Positions 1 to 9,902 of a stretch of 64,000 bases of DNA are shown here, in pieces. Made by a program: the position numbers and the translations under genes. Numbering within the stretch: position 1 is the first letter of the stretch; the number at the start of each line of letters is the position of its first letter. Below the pieces are notes generated by a model that was not told the DNA's origin, searched no databases, and saw nothing but the letters and a program-made list of their open reading frames with translations. Origin of the DNA: Provencibacterium sp. (lineage in GTDB: Bacteria; Bacillota; Clostridia; Oscillospirales; Ruminococcaceae); the NCBI GenBank assembly GCA_022792175.1, contig JAAWAN010000020.1, positions 124,745 through 188,744 of the forward strand. The letters run 5' to 3'.

Positions 1-76
1 CAGGCCTTGTGTAGGCTGATGCCCGCTTTTTGGCAGCCCGCCTGCTGCAGCGTTCGGGAGAGGAAAGAGCATTCGC

Positions 77-679
77 ATGAAAAAGATCGCATTGTTCGGC
101 GGCGCCTTCAACCCCATCCACCAGGGACATATTAACCTGGCGCTTTGCTTTGATGTCCGCATAAAATTTAATGAAATACTGCTGATTCCCAGCCATATTT
201 CCCCTCATAAGGATTCGAGCATGCTTCTCTCCGGCGAGGATCGCCTCGCTATGTGCCGTCTGGCAGCAAAAGACCATGCGCGCTTTTCTGTCAGCGATAT
301 CGAACTTCGGCGGGAAGGGAAAAGCTTTACCTTTGATACCGTTTGCGAGCTGCGTCAGCTTTATCCGGATGATAAGCTGTATCTGATTGTCGGCAGCGAT
401 ATGTTCCTTTCTATTGACAGCTGGTATCGCGCGCAGGAGCTGATGCATATGATTACCATCTGTGCAGCGGCGCGCGAAAAGGGGGAGTATGACCAGCTTA
501 TAGAGAAGCAGCTCGTTCTGGATACACAGGGGGTAAAATCGGTCATCTGCGAGATTGATGAGCTGCCCGTTTCCTCTACGGATATCCGCCGCCGGCTGCG
601 GGAAGGGCTTTCTGTGGAAGGAATGCTCCCCTCCCGTGTTCTGGACTATATCAAAGCACACCGGTTGTATGAATCCTGA
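77..679 (+). CDS. nadD: Nicotinate-nucleotide adenylyltransferase
   Basis: N-terminal ALFGGAFNPIHQGH (HxGH), YLIVGSD and SSTDIR motifs; first gene of the nadD-yqeK-rsfS cluster. Confidence 0.95.
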   Translation: MKKIALFGGAFNPIHQGHINLALCFDVRIKFNEILLIPSHISPHKDSSMLLSGEDRLAMCRLAAKDHARFSVSDIELRREGKSFTFDTVCELRQLYPDDKLYLIVGSDMFLSIDSWYRAQELMHMITICAAAREKGEYDQLIEKQLVLDTQGVKSVICEIDELPVSSTDIRRRLREGLSVEGMLPSRVLDYIKAHRLYES

Positions 680-790
680 TTTTTTAAACAGTTCAGCTTC
701 AAAGGAGCAGGGAAGAAGATTTCTGCGATCATCAAAAGCTATTTCGAAGGCTGAAATACCCGAAGGGCTATTCAGGCTGCGAAGAAAGGT

Positions 791-1438
791 ATGGTCATGG
801 AAATGATTACAAAAACCAGCGAACAGGAAATTTTAAATCACCTGCAGCAGCGCCTCTCCCCAAAGCGCTACCATCACAGCCTCTGCGTAGCAGAGCGAGC
901 AATTTTTCTGGCGCATCGCTATGGTGCGGATGAAAGCCGGGCACGTTTCTGCGGCTTGACGCACGATATCTGCAAAAACCTTCCGGAAAAAGAGCAGCTG
1001 CGCCTGATAGAGGCGCAGGGTATTTCGCTTGAGCGGGAGGTGTTGGCCTCCCCGCAGCTGTGGCACGCCATTGCCGGCAGCTGCTATATCCGCGATGCAT
1101 ATGGCATTACCGATATGGAAATACTGAATGCTGTCCGTTATCACACGACTGGAAGGGCTGAGATGAGCCTGCTGGAGGAGGTCATTTATCTGGCTGACCT
1201 GACCAGCAGCGACCGGAATTATCCGGATGTGGAGTATACGCGCACACTGGCAGACCGCAGTCTGCGCGAGGCAATGCTCTACTCTTTAAAATATATTCTT
1301 TCCAGCCTTCTTAAAGAGGGCAGGCCCCTTTGCCGGGACAGCACAGAGGCCTATAATTTTTACTGCCAGGCCCCGAAGGAGGATGAAAAACGGCCAATAT
1401 CCGCTGATGCAAACGCCGGGGAGGCTTGGAAAGCTTGA
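791..1438 (+). CDS. yqeK: HD-domain Ap4A hydrolase YqeK
   Basis: RYHHSLCVA, LTHDICK, WHAIAG, RYHTTG, IYLAD motifs; follows nadD. Start could be 797. Confidence 0.9.
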   Translation: MVMEMITKTSEQEILNHLQQRLSPKRYHHSLCVAERAIFLAHRYGADESRARFCGLTHDICKNLPEKEQLRLIEAQGISLEREVLASPQLWHAIAGSCYIRDAYGITDMEILNAVRYHTTGRAEMSLLEEVIYLADLTSSDRNYPDVEYTRTLADRSLREAMLYSLKYILSSLLKEGRPLCRDSTEAYNFYCQAPKEDEKRPISADANAGEAWKA

Positions 1439-2535
1439 AAAATAAAGCGATACCGATTATAATAGCAGTAGCCTTGTCAGTTGGGGCAGCACTCGCACTG
1501 GGCTGTCATTATTTCCGCCAGCCGGATGACCGTTCCCAGGAATCAGCAGATGGGGAGCTTCGTCAGGAGACTCTGAAGGAAATTCCTCTGCAGACCGATG
1601 AGGTGCGCCTGCTTTTCTGCGGGGTTGATTATTCACAGGAGCTGACAGATGTCATCATCTATGGTCTCTATGACCCGAAGGCTGGTTCGGTGAAGCTGCT
1701 CTCCATTCCGCGAGATACATTTTTGGGAGATGAATACCCTACAGGGAAAATCAATCAGGTTTATAAAACAACCGGCCGTATTGAAACACTGGAAGAGGAG
1801 ATTACCGAGCGCTTTCATCTGCCTATTGATTACTATATAACGATTACCCTCGAGTCGGTAGGAGAAATTATTGATGAAATCGGCGGCGTTCCGATTACGC
1901 TGGATCAGGATATTTATGATATGGGCGTAAAGCTTTTTGAGGCGGGCGAACAGGTCCTCAGCGGCGAGCAGGCGCAGCTGTTTATCCGCCAGCGGCATGC
2001 CTATGCTACCGCGGATTTGGGAAGGATTGAAGCACAGCATAAATTTCTGCTGGCACTGATGGAGAAGGTGCAGTCTATTGGCAAGCTCAAGGCCCTGCAG
2101 CTGGTAATCAGCCATTTTGACTGTGTTTCTACTGATATGCCGCTTGGCAGGGCGGTTTCCATCGTTTCAACCGCTTTCGGGATTACCGAGGAGGATATCG
2201 ATTTTTTCACCGTTCCCGGCAACGGAAAGATGAACGGGAGCTATGCTGTTTATGAAGTAGACCGGGAGGCGTTGGCACAGATACTGGGCGAGCATTTTCT
2301 GCCAGCTGCCGTTGAGGCGGAAAAGCTCGGCTTTCCAAGGGCAGAAGAGCCGGTTGTTTCTCAGCCGGAGCAGGAGGAAGAGATACCCAAAGAGTCTGAG
2401 ATGCAGCCATCCTCTTCGCAGAGCAGCGAATCGGACTATCTGGACCCCCATGGCTATGATCCATGGGTGGACGGAGATTATGACGAATGGGTAGAGCGCA
2501 ACAGCAGAAGAATGGCGCAAAGGGAAAGAAAATAA
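1426..2535 (+). CDS. LytR-CpsA-Psr (LCP) family cell-wall glycopolymer ligase
   Basis: N-terminal TM helix; GVD..TDVII, SIPRDT, KIN, RQRH..DLGRIEAQ motifs; acidic tail. Confidence 0.9.
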   Translation: MESLKNKAIPIIIAVALSVGAALALGCHYFRQPDDRSQESADGELRQETLKEIPLQTDEVRLLFCGVDYSQELTDVIIYGLYDPKAGSVKLLSIPRDTFLGDEYPTGKINQVYKTTGRIETLEEEITERFHLPIDYYITITLESVGEIIDEIGGVPITLDQDIYDMGVKLFEAGEQVLSGEQAQLFIRQRHAYATADLGRIEAQHKFLLALMEKVQSIGKLKALQLVISHFDCVSTDMPLGRAVSIVSTAFGITEEDIDFFTVPGNGKMNGSYAVYEVDREALAQILGEHFLPAAVEAEKLGFPRAEEPVVSQPEQEEEIPKESEMQPSSSQSSESDYLDPHGYDPWVDGDYDEWVERNSRRMAQRERK

Positions 2536-2612
2536 AAAAACTGAAGCCGGGGGTTATAGAGCAGGATATGATCATCTGGGAATCATCTGAAAGAAAAGGG
2601 GACTGATTATCG

Positions 2613-2972
2613 ATGACAGCGCTGGAAATCAGCCGGGAAGTGGTAAAACTTCTGGACAGCAAAAAGGCGGCCGACATCAAGGTATTGGAAATCAAGGATA
2701 TTTCTTCGTTGGGCGACTATTTTGTAGTGGCCAGCGGCAGCTCGACTACGCAGGTCAAGGCGATGGCCGATGAGCTGGAATTTCAGCTCAAGGAGAAGGG
2801 GGTTACTCCGAAAAGGGTGGAGGGCTACCAGTCGGCAGCCTGGATTGTGCTCGATTATTATGATGTTATCATCCACCTTTTCTATGAACAGACGCGCCAG
2901 TTCTATTCGCTGGAAAGGCTCTGGAGCGATGCGCCGTTATTAGATATCTCCGATTTGACGCACAGCGACTGA
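2613..2972 (+). CDS. rsfS: Ribosome silencing factor RsfS (Iojap)
   Basis: KKAADIKVL, DYFVVASG, WIVLDY.DVIIHLF..R.FY.LERLW motifs. Confidence 0.95.
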   Translation: MTALEISREVVKLLDSKKAADIKVLEIKDISSLGDYFVVASGSSTTQVKAMADELEFQLKEKGVTPKRVEGYQSAAWIVLDYYDVIIHLFYEQTRQFYSLERLWSDAPLLDISDLTHSD

Positions 2973-2985
2973 ATAATCTTAAGGG

Positions 2986-5400
2986 GTGTGGATGTTGAAA
3001 TATAATTATGCTGAGATTGAAAAAAAGTGGCAGAATATCTGGGAAAAGGAAAACACCTTTGCCGCATCGGAGGACCACAGCAAGCCCAAATATTATGCGC
3101 TGATTGAATTTCCCTATCCTTCCGGGCAGGGGCTGCATGTCGGCCATCCGCGCCCGTATACGGCGCTGGATATTGTCGCCCGCAAGCGCAGACTGCAGGG
3201 TTACAATGTGCTGTTCCCCATCGGCTGGGATGCTTTCGGCCTGCCGACGGAAAACTATGCCATTAAAAACCATATCCATCCGGAAATTGTAACCAAAAAT
3301 AATGTCGCCCGCTTTAAGTCCCAGCTTAAATCTCTCGGCCTCTCCTTTGATTGGAGCAGGGAGATCAACACCACCGACCCGGGCTATTATAAATGGACGC
3401 AGTGGATTTTCCTGCAGCTCTTTAAAAAGGGGCTGGCCTATAAAAAGGAGATGAACGTCAACTGGTGCACCGGGTGCAAGGTTGTTCTGGCCAACGAAGA
3501 GGTGGTCGGCGGTGTCTGCGAGCGGTGCGGTAGCGAGGTAGTACACAAGGTCAAAAGTCAGTGGATGCTTAAAATTACCGAATATGCCCAGCGGCTGATT
3601 GATGATCTCGACCTGGTGGACTACATAGACCGGGTCTCTACCTCTCAGAAAAACTGGATTGGCCGCTCCACCGGCGCCGAGGTCAGATTCTCCACTACTG
3701 CGGGGGATGAGCTGCTTATCTATACTACCCGGCCAGATACCCTCTTTGGCGCCACCTATATGGTCATTTCGCCGGAGCACCCTTACCTGCAGCGGTGGCA
3801 GGATAAAATCGAAAACTATGCTGATATCGTGCACTATGCTGAAGCGGCCGCCCGCAAATCCGACTTCGAGCGCACTGAGATTGTCAAGGACAAAACCGGC
3901 GTGGAGATCAAAGGGGTGCGCGGAATTAACCCTGTAAACGGCGAGGAAATTCCTATCTTCGTTTCGGATTATGTGCTGATGTCCTATGGCACCGGCGCCA
4001 TTATGGCGGTGCCCGCACACGATGAGCGAGACTGGGATTTTGCGAAAAAATTTGACCTCCCCATCATCGAAGTGGTGCAGGGGGGAGATGTGCAGCAGGC
4101 GGCCTTTACCGACTGCGAGACCGGCATTCTGGTCAATTCCGGCATTTTAAACGGACTGAGCGTTTCCCAGGCGAAGGAAAGGATTATCGCCTGGCTGCAG
4201 GAAAACGGCAAGGGTGAGCCGAAGGTCAATTTTAAGCTGCGCGACTGGGTCTTCTCCCGCCAGCGCTATTGGGGGGAGCCCATTCCGATTGTTTACTGCG
4301 AAAAATGCGGCTATGTTGCGCTTCCCGAGTCAGAGCTGCCGCTGATGCTGCCCGAGGTGCAGTCCTATGAGCCGACCGATAACGGTGAAAGTCCGCTTTC
4401 CAAAATGGAGGACTGGGTAAACACCACCTGCCCGCACTGCGGCGGCCCCGCCCGCCGGGAGACCGATACCATGCCCCAGTGGGCGGGCTCCTCCTGGTAT
4501 TTCCTGCGCTACTGCGACCCGCATAACGATAAAGCCCCCGCTTCGAAGGAGGCGCTCGACTACTGGATGCCGGTAGACTGGTACAACGGCGGTATGGAGC
4601 ATACCACGCTGCACCTGCTCTACTCCCGTTTCTGGCATAAGTTTTTGTATGATCTCGGCGTCGTCCCCGGGCCGGAGCCCTATGCCAAGCGGACGAGCCA
4701 CGGCATGATTCTGGGCGAAAACGGCGAAAAGATGTCCAAGAGCCGCGGGAATGTCGTCAACCCTGATGACATCGTGCGCGATTATGGGGCAGATACGCTG
4801 CGCACCTATGAGATGTTTATCGGCGACTTTGAGAAGGCGGCACCGTGGTCGAATTCCTCGGTGCGCGGCTGCAAGCGCTTTCTCGAGCGCATCTGGTCGC
4901 TGCAGGATATGCTTTCAGCGGAGAACGGCGTCACCCCGGCGCTGGAAAGCAGCCTGCACAAAACGATTAAAAAAGTCGAAAAGGACATTGAAAACCTGAA
5001 GTTTAACACTGCCATTGCCGCCATGATGGGATTTCTCAACGAAGTAACGGCGCATGGCTCCCTTTCGCGGGAGACCTACCGGGTGCTGTTGATTCTGCTC
5101 AACCCCTTTGCGCCGCACATTACCGAGGAAATTTATGAGCAGCTGGGCTATGGCGGGCGCATAAGTGACGAGCAGTGGCCGCAGTATGAGGAAAGCCTCT
5201 GCAAGGAGGAGACGGTCGAACTGGCCGTTCAGGTCAATGGAAAAATTCGGGGACGCTTCTCGCTGCCGGCCGAGGCCGGACAGGGGGAGGCCATTGCGCA
5301 GGCGAAACAGCTTCCGGAGATTGCAAAGCTGCTGGAAGGCAAAACGCTGGTCAAGGAAATTTATGTAAAGGGCAAGCTGGTAAACCTGGTCATCAAATAG
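2986..5400 (+). CDS. leuS: Leucine--tRNA ligase
   Basis: FPYPSG.GLHVGH (HIGH-like), [17 protein letters not shown] editing motif, VQVNGK tail. Start may be 2992. Confidence 0.97.
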   Translation: MWMLKYNYAEIEKKWQNIWEKENTFAASEDHSKPKYYALIEFPYPSGQGLHVGHPRPYTALDIVARKRRLQGYNVLFPIGWDAFGLPTENYAIKNHIHPEIVTKNNVARFKSQLKSLGLSFDWSREINTTDPGYYKWTQWIFLQLFKKGLAYKKEMNVNWCTGCKVVLANEEVVGGVCERCGSEVVHKVKSQWMLKITEYAQRLIDDLDLVDYIDRVSTSQKNWIGRSTGAEVRFSTTAGDELLIYTTRPDTLFGATYMVISPEHPYLQRWQDKIENYADIVHYAEAAARKSDFERTEIVKDKTGVEIKGVRGINPVNGEEIPIFVSDYVLMSYGTGAIMAVPAHDERDWDFAKKFDLPIIEVVQGGDVQQAAFTDCETGILVNSGILNGLSVSQAKERIIAWLQENGKGEPKVNFKLRDWVFSRQRYWGEPIPIVYCEKCGYVALPESELPLMLPEVQSYEPTDNGESPLSKMEDWVNTTCPHCGGPARRETDTMPQWAGSSWYFLRYCDPHNDKAPASKEALDYWMPVDWYNGGMEHTTLHLLYSRFWHKFLYDLGVVPGPEPYAKRTSHGMILGENGEKMSKSRGNVVNPDDIVRDYGADTLRTYEMFIGDFEKAAPWSNSSVRGCKRFLERIWSLQDMLSAENGVTPALESSLHKTIKKVEKDIENLKFNTAIAAMMGFLNEVTAHGSLSRETYRVLLILLNPFAPHITEEIYEQLGYGGRISDEQWPQYEESLCKEETVELAVQVNGKIRGRFSLPAEAGQGEAIAQAKQLPEIAKLLEGKTLVKEIYVKGKLVNLVIK

Positions 5401-5440
5401 TAAAGATTTTTTGAAATGCGCAGGAACTGGCTGCTACCTC

Positions 5441-5470
5441 TTGACAGTTTTCACGGATTTATTGTATAAT
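5441..5470 (+). promoter_or_regulatory. SigA-type promoter of rpsU
   Basis: TTGACA (5441) - 18 bp - TATAAT (5465). Confidence 0.8.
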
Positions 5471-5602
5471 AGTTATTGTTACCTGGCAACGGGTGAGCAG
5501 CAGCTTTTTCTGCAGCAGCCGTTGCGTGAGCTATCCCTGCCGGAGGCAAGGATAGCGGGGTATATATCTCCTGCTTTAGGGCGAAGAGGAGGGAAGTTAG
5601 AA

Positions 5603-5779
5603 ATGGCCGAAATTCGGGTGAAGGACAATGAGTCTCTCGACAGTGCTCTGCGCCGGTTTAAAAGACAGTGCGCGCGCTCTGGCGTGCTCGCGGAAGTACG
5701 CAAAAGAGAACATTATGAGAAGCCTTCTGTAAAGCGCAAGAAAAAGTCTGAGGCTGCGCGTAAGCGTAAATACAAATAA
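5603..5779 (+). CDS. rpsU: 30S ribosomal protein S21
   Basis: [56 protein letters not shown]; SD GAGGAGG upstream. The 5411 start in the ORF track is over-extended. Confidence 0.97.
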   Translation: MAEIRVKDNESLDSALRRFKRQCARSGVLAEVRKREHYEKPSVKRKKKSEAARKRKYK

Positions 5780-5789
5780 TCCTACAAAT

Positions 5790-5820
5790 AAGCGGGCGGT
5801 TTAGACTGTCCCGCTTTTTT
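5790..5820 (+). terminator. Intrinsic terminator after rpsU
   Basis: AAGCGGG...CCCGCTT stem followed by a T run. Confidence 0.8.
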
Positions 5821-5869
5821 GTCGTTTTTTCCATTCGGTGTTGTTTGGCAGAGGACGGCATGGTATAAT

Positions 5870-6011
5870 AGCTGCATAGCAGCTATTATACCCAATTTAT
5901 TTGGCCGCCCTACGGGCAGGGCCAGTTCATCCATAATCGCTTCACGCTTATGGATGAACAGCTGCATAGCAGCTATTATGCCCAATTTATTTGGCCGCCC
6001 TACGGGCAGGG
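5870..6011. repeat. Two 52-bp direct repeats (one mismatch) separated by a 38-bp hairpin-forming spacer
   Basis: 5870-5921 equals 5960-6011 except 5890A/5980G; period 90 bp. Confidence 0.95.
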
Positions 6012-6175
6012 GCAATTATACGGCAATCCGCCGTGTGAAGCAGGGCTTTTCTTCTATGGTGTGTCTACAATAGAAGAAAGCCGATCGATGAGGGCCGGTT
6101 TTACCCACAGCGGCGGGCCAAAGCTAGCAGCCGGGATAGCTGCAGGAGAGATCTACCGGCATTTTAGGAGCGAAC

Positions 6176-6685
6176 ATGATGTTTTATCCGACCTATCATT
6201 TCCGAAGCGTTTGCGATATTTCCCCGGAATTTCTGCTGGAAAAGGGGCTGCGCCGGCTGGTGCTGGATGTGGACAACACATTGACAACCCATAACCATCC
6301 GCAGCCCGGCAAGGGGGTTGCCAGGTGGCTGAAACAGTTGCAGGAGAGCGGAATTTCCGTTATCATCCTTTCCAATAATGATACAAAGCGGGTAGAGCCC
6401 TTTGCCGCCCTGCTGGACCTTCCGTTTGAAGCAGACGGGGCAAAGCCGCTCACCAGCGGATATGAGCGCTGCCGACGACGCTTCGGTTGCGAAAAAAGAG
6501 AGATGGCTGCCATTGGTGACCAGCTGTTGACCGATATCTGGGGCGGTTGGCGTTATGGGATTGCCACCCTTCTGGTGGACCCGATTGAGCCGGAGGTCGG
6601 CTGGTTTTTTCGCCTGAAGCGCGCTTTGGAGCGGCAGATGATGAAAAGCTATCACAGGAAGGGAAGGGCGCAGTATGAGCGCTAG
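6176..6685 (+). CDS. yqeG: YqeG family HAD-IIIA phosphatase
   Basis: LVLDVDNTL, ILSNN, AKP, IGDQLLTDIWGG motifs. Confidence 0.92.
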   Translation: MMFYPTYHFRSVCDISPEFLLEKGLRRLVLDVDNTLTTHNHPQPGKGVARWLKQLQESGISVIILSNNDTKRVEPFAALLDLPFEADGAKPLTSGYERCRRRFGCEKREMAAIGDQLLTDIWGGWRYGIATLLVDPIEPEVGWFFRLKRALERQMMKSYHRKGRAQYER

Positions 6686-7535
6686 GTTCGGTCCGGCCGG
6701 GAACAGCGAAAGCTTCCGGCAGATGGGTTATAAAAAGACGATGGATGTACCGGACTATCTTTTAAAGCTGGGACTGGATCATTATGAATACCAGTGCGGG
6801 CGCGGCGTACGTATCTCTGAGGAACAGGCCCGGGCATTCGGAGAGAAAAGCCGGGAAAAGGGAATTAGCCTTTCAGTGCATGCGCCCTACTATATCTCGC
6901 TTTCCGGAATCGAAGAGGAAAAGCGTCTGGGCAGCATTGAGTATATTCTGCAGACCGTCCGGGTGGCGAAGGCGATGGGAGCGCAGCACATCGTAGTTCA
7001 TTCCGGTTCCTGCGCCAAGCTCAGCCGGGAAAAGGCGCTTGAACTTTCAAAGGATACGCTGAAAAGAGCGCTGCAGGCAATGGAGGAGGAGGGCCTCGGT
7101 TCGGTTACCGTCTGTCCGGAAACAATGGGGAAGACCGGCCAGCTGGGAACGCTGGAGGAGGTGCTGGCACTCTGCCAGGCGGATGAGCGCCTTCTGCCCT
7201 GCGTTGATTTTGGCCACCTCTATGCGCGCACCTTCGGCGAAATGAACGGGGCAGAGAGCTATGAAGCGGCTTTGAAAAGCATACAAAATGCGCTGGGAGA
7301 ATCGCGCGCTAGAAGCTTTCATGTGCATTTTTCCCGCATTGCCTTTACCCGGCCCGGCGGGGAAAAGAGGCACCTGACCTTTTCAGATGAAACGTTTGGC
7401 CCGGAATATCCGCCGTTTATCGAGCTCATCCACCGTTATTCGCTTTCGCCCATCATCGTCTGCGAATCGGCGGGCACGCAGGCGGAGGATGCCAAAGCTA
7501 TGAAGGACTGCTATATGCAGCTGAAAAACCGTTAG
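6675..7535 (+). CDS. nfo: Endonuclease IV-like AP endonuclease (TIM barrel)
   Basis: SVHAPYYISL, VVHSG, PETMGK..QLG, DFGH..AR, HVHFS, CES metal-ligand motifs. Confidence 0.8.
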   Translation: MSARFGPAGNSESFRQMGYKKTMDVPDYLLKLGLDHYEYQCGRGVRISEEQARAFGEKSREKGISLSVHAPYYISLSGIEEEKRLGSIEYILQTVRVAKAMGAQHIVVHSGSCAKLSREKALELSKDTLKRALQAMEEEGLGSVTVCPETMGKTGQLGTLEEVLALCQADERLLPCVDFGHLYARTFGEMNGAESYEAALKSIQNALGESRARSFHVHFSRIAFTRPGGEKRHLTFSDETFGPEYPPFIELIHRYSLSPIIVCESAGTQAEDAKAMKDCYMQLKNR

Positions 7536-7579
7536 GCAAACCCGGGCGGGGTTTATGACCATAAAGGAGGAAGATTGCC

Positions 7580-8644
7580 ATGGAAAGAATACAGAAGCTT
7601 GTCTCCCATATGCCGGAAGATATGGATGCCGTTTTGATTGACGGGCCCTATAACCGCCTCTATTATGCCGGTATGCACTCTACGGCGGGAACGCTGGTGA
7701 TTACCCGGGATGCAGCCTATTTCATTATCGATTCCCGCTATATTGAGGCGGCGAAAAAGACGGTGAAGGGGTGCGAGGTCATCCTGCAGGGGAAGCTTTA
7801 TGAGCAGCTGGCGGAGATTTTAAAAAAGCACGGGGTCAAGCGCATAGGGATTGAGGATACCAAAACGGTGGACAGCTATCTTTCACTAAAGGAGAAACTG
7901 CCGGAGGTTGAGGTCATACTGGACCGGCGCCTTGGTGAAATTATCTCCCGGCAGCGGATGATTAAGGAGCCCTGCGAGCTCCAGAGCATCCGTCGCGCAC
8001 AGGATTATACCGACCGTGCTTTTACCCATATCTGCGAATTTATCCAACCAGGCATGACGGAAAAGGAGATTGCGCTTGAGCTGGAGTTTTATGCGCGCAA
8101 GATCGGAGCGGAGGGCGCATCGTTTGAGTATATTGTCGTATCCGGTCCGAACGGTTCGCTTCCCCATGGGCATCCTACCGAACGCCCCGTGGAAAAGGGT
8201 GACTTTATTACGATGGATTTCGGCTGCCTGGCGGATGGCTACTGCTCAGATATGACCCGCACCATAGCGGTGGGCGAACCGGGAGAAGAGAAGCGCAGCA
8301 TTTATGAAACGGTGCTGAAAGCCAACCGCGCCGCAATGGCCGCTATCCGTGCCGGCGTTTCCTGCAAGGAAATTGACCAGATAGCGCGCGACATCATCAC
8401 CAAGGCCGGTTATGGCGAATGCTTCGGACACGGGCTGGGCCACAGCGTAGGCTTGGAAATCCATGAGAATCCCCGTTTCAGCCCCACCTGCGAGGATATC
8501 TGCGAGGCCGGTTTGATTATGACCGATGAGCCGGGCATCTATCTGGAGGGCCGCTTCGGCGTCCGGATTGAGGATATGGTTTATGTAACCGAGGAAGGCT
8601 GCATAAACCTGACGAAATCCGATAAAAATCTCATTATCCTGTAA
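7580..8644 (+). CDS. Xaa-Pro peptidase (M24 family)
   Basis: DSRY, PHG, MDFG....GYCSDMTRT, HGLGHSVGLEIHE, DEPGIY, GVRIED motifs; precedes efp. Confidence 0.93.
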   Translation: MERIQKLVSHMPEDMDAVLIDGPYNRLYYAGMHSTAGTLVITRDAAYFIIDSRYIEAAKKTVKGCEVILQGKLYEQLAEILKKHGVKRIGIEDTKTVDSYLSLKEKLPEVEVILDRRLGEIISRQRMIKEPCELQSIRRAQDYTDRAFTHICEFIQPGMTEKEIALELEFYARKIGAEGASFEYIVVSGPNGSLPHGHPTERPVEKGDFITMDFGCLADGYCSDMTRTIAVGEPGEEKRSIYETVLKANRAAMAAIRAGVSCKEIDQIARDIITKAGYGECFGHGLGHSVGLEIHENPRFSPTCEDICEAGLIMTDEPGIYLEGRFGVRIEDMVYVTEEGCINLTKSDKNLIIL

Positions 8645-8767
8645 GATGCAGGCAGAGAAAGCGTTAAAATCTGCAAAACCTCTTGCAAAATATTGCGAGA
8701 TAGGCTAGACTGTTAATATTGTGTGCCGCATAGGGCGGCCGGCTAAAAGATATGGAGGTTTGTATAG

Positions 8768-9325
8768 ATGATTTCTGCAGGAGATTTCAGAAACGGCGTT
8801 ACCTTTGAGATGGATGGAAACGTAGTGCAGATTATTGAGTTCCAGCATGTAAAGCCGGGAAAGGGGGCGGCCTTCGTCCGCACCAAAATCCGCAATGTAA
8901 TCACCGGGGGCGTAACCGAGAAGACCTTTAACCCCAATGATAAATATCCAACTGCCTATATTGAGAGGAAGGATATGCAGTATCTCTACAGCGATGGGGA
9001 CCTCTACTATTTTATGGACAACGAGACCTATGAAAATATTCCGATCAGCTCTTCTATCCTGGGCAGCAACTTTAAGTTTGTCAAGGAGAATATGGACTGC
9101 AAGATTCTTTCCTACAAGGGAAATGTTTTTGGCGTAGAGCCGCCCACCTTTGTGGAGCTGGAAGTTACAAAGACCGAGCCCGGTGTGCGCGGCGATACCG
9201 CTACTAACGTCACCAAGCCTGCGGAGCTGGAGACCGGTGCGGAAATCCGCGTTCCGATTTTCATTAACGAAGGCGATAAAATCCGGATTGATACGCGTAC
9301 CGGCGAATATATGGAGCGTGCGTAA
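8768..9325 (+). CDS. efp: Translation elongation factor P
   Basis: [12 protein letters not shown] loop, [26 protein letters not shown]. Confidence 0.98.
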   Translation: MISAGDFRNGVTFEMDGNVVQIIEFQHVKPGKGAAFVRTKIRNVITGGVTEKTFNPNDKYPTAYIERKDMQYLYSDGDLYYFMDNETYENIPISSSILGSNFKFVKENMDCKILSYKGNVFGVEPPTFVELEVTKTEPGVRGDTATNVTKPAELETGAEIRVPIFINEGDKIRIDTRTGEYMERA

Positions 9326-9352
9326 AGCACGACTGAGGGAGGATAATCTTTT

Positions 9353-9766
9353 ATGACCATTACAGAGAAGGTTGCTTATCTGCGGGGCCTGTTTGAGGGC
9401 ATGGGCGTAGATGAAAACACAAACGAGGGCAAGCTCTTCAAGGCGGTTATTGATGTGCTCGATGATATGGCCTACAGCATTGCAGATGTTGAGGACGGTA
9501 TGGACGAGATGAGCGAGCAGATTGAGACGATTGATGAGGACCTCGACAATCTGGAGCAGGATTTTTACGGAGTCGACGAGGATGAAGAGGACGAGGAGGT
9601 CTACGAAATCACCTGCCCGAACTGCGGCGAAAAAATCTGCCTCGATTTTGAAATGCTTTCGGATGGCGAAATTGAGTGCCCGGGTTGCGGAGAGCATCTG
9701 GAATTTGATCTGGATGAGTGCGGCTGCGAAGACTGTTCCTGCTGCGGAGATGAAGAAGAGAAATAA
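9353..9766 (+). CDS. CD1247-like protein with acidic region and zinc-ribbon
   Basis: EKVAYLRGL.EG N-terminus, CPNCG and CPGCG pairs; usual neighbour of efp in Clostridia. Confidence 0.75.
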   Translation: MTITEKVAYLRGLFEGMGVDENTNEGKLFKAVIDVLDDMAYSIADVEDGMDEMSEQIETIDEDLDNLEQDFYGVDEDEEDEEVYEITCPNCGEKICLDFEMLSDGEIECPGCGEHLEFDLDECGCEDCSCCGDEEEK

Positions 9767-9839
9767 TTGATAGCTTTTTAACAAAACAGTGGGCTTTATG
9801 CTCACTGTTTTGTTATGAGCCGCCTATTTCCTTCAATTC

Positions 9840-9868
9840 TTGACAGGGCTTTCCGCAATCGGTATAAT
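9840..9868 (+). promoter_or_regulatory. SigA-type promoter of the apbE-rnf region
   Basis: TTGACA (9840) - 17 bp - TATAAT (9863). Confidence 0.8.
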
Positions 9869-9902
9869 GAAAACGATACAGATAGGGGGAGGCAGCGTTT
9901 CA

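Noticed and set aside
680-790. Small hairpins between nadD and yqeK
   Set aside because: Short stems with no recognisable riboswitch core.
5870-6011. CRISPR array call for the two 52-bp repeats
   Set aside because: Only two copies, longer than typical repeats, a self-complementary spacer and no cas genes; kept as an unexplained repeat.
5411-6294. ORFs at 5782-6015, 5819-6073, 5950-6294 and the 5' extension of rpsU
   Set aside because: They cross a promoter, a terminator and the repeat, and show no protein signal.
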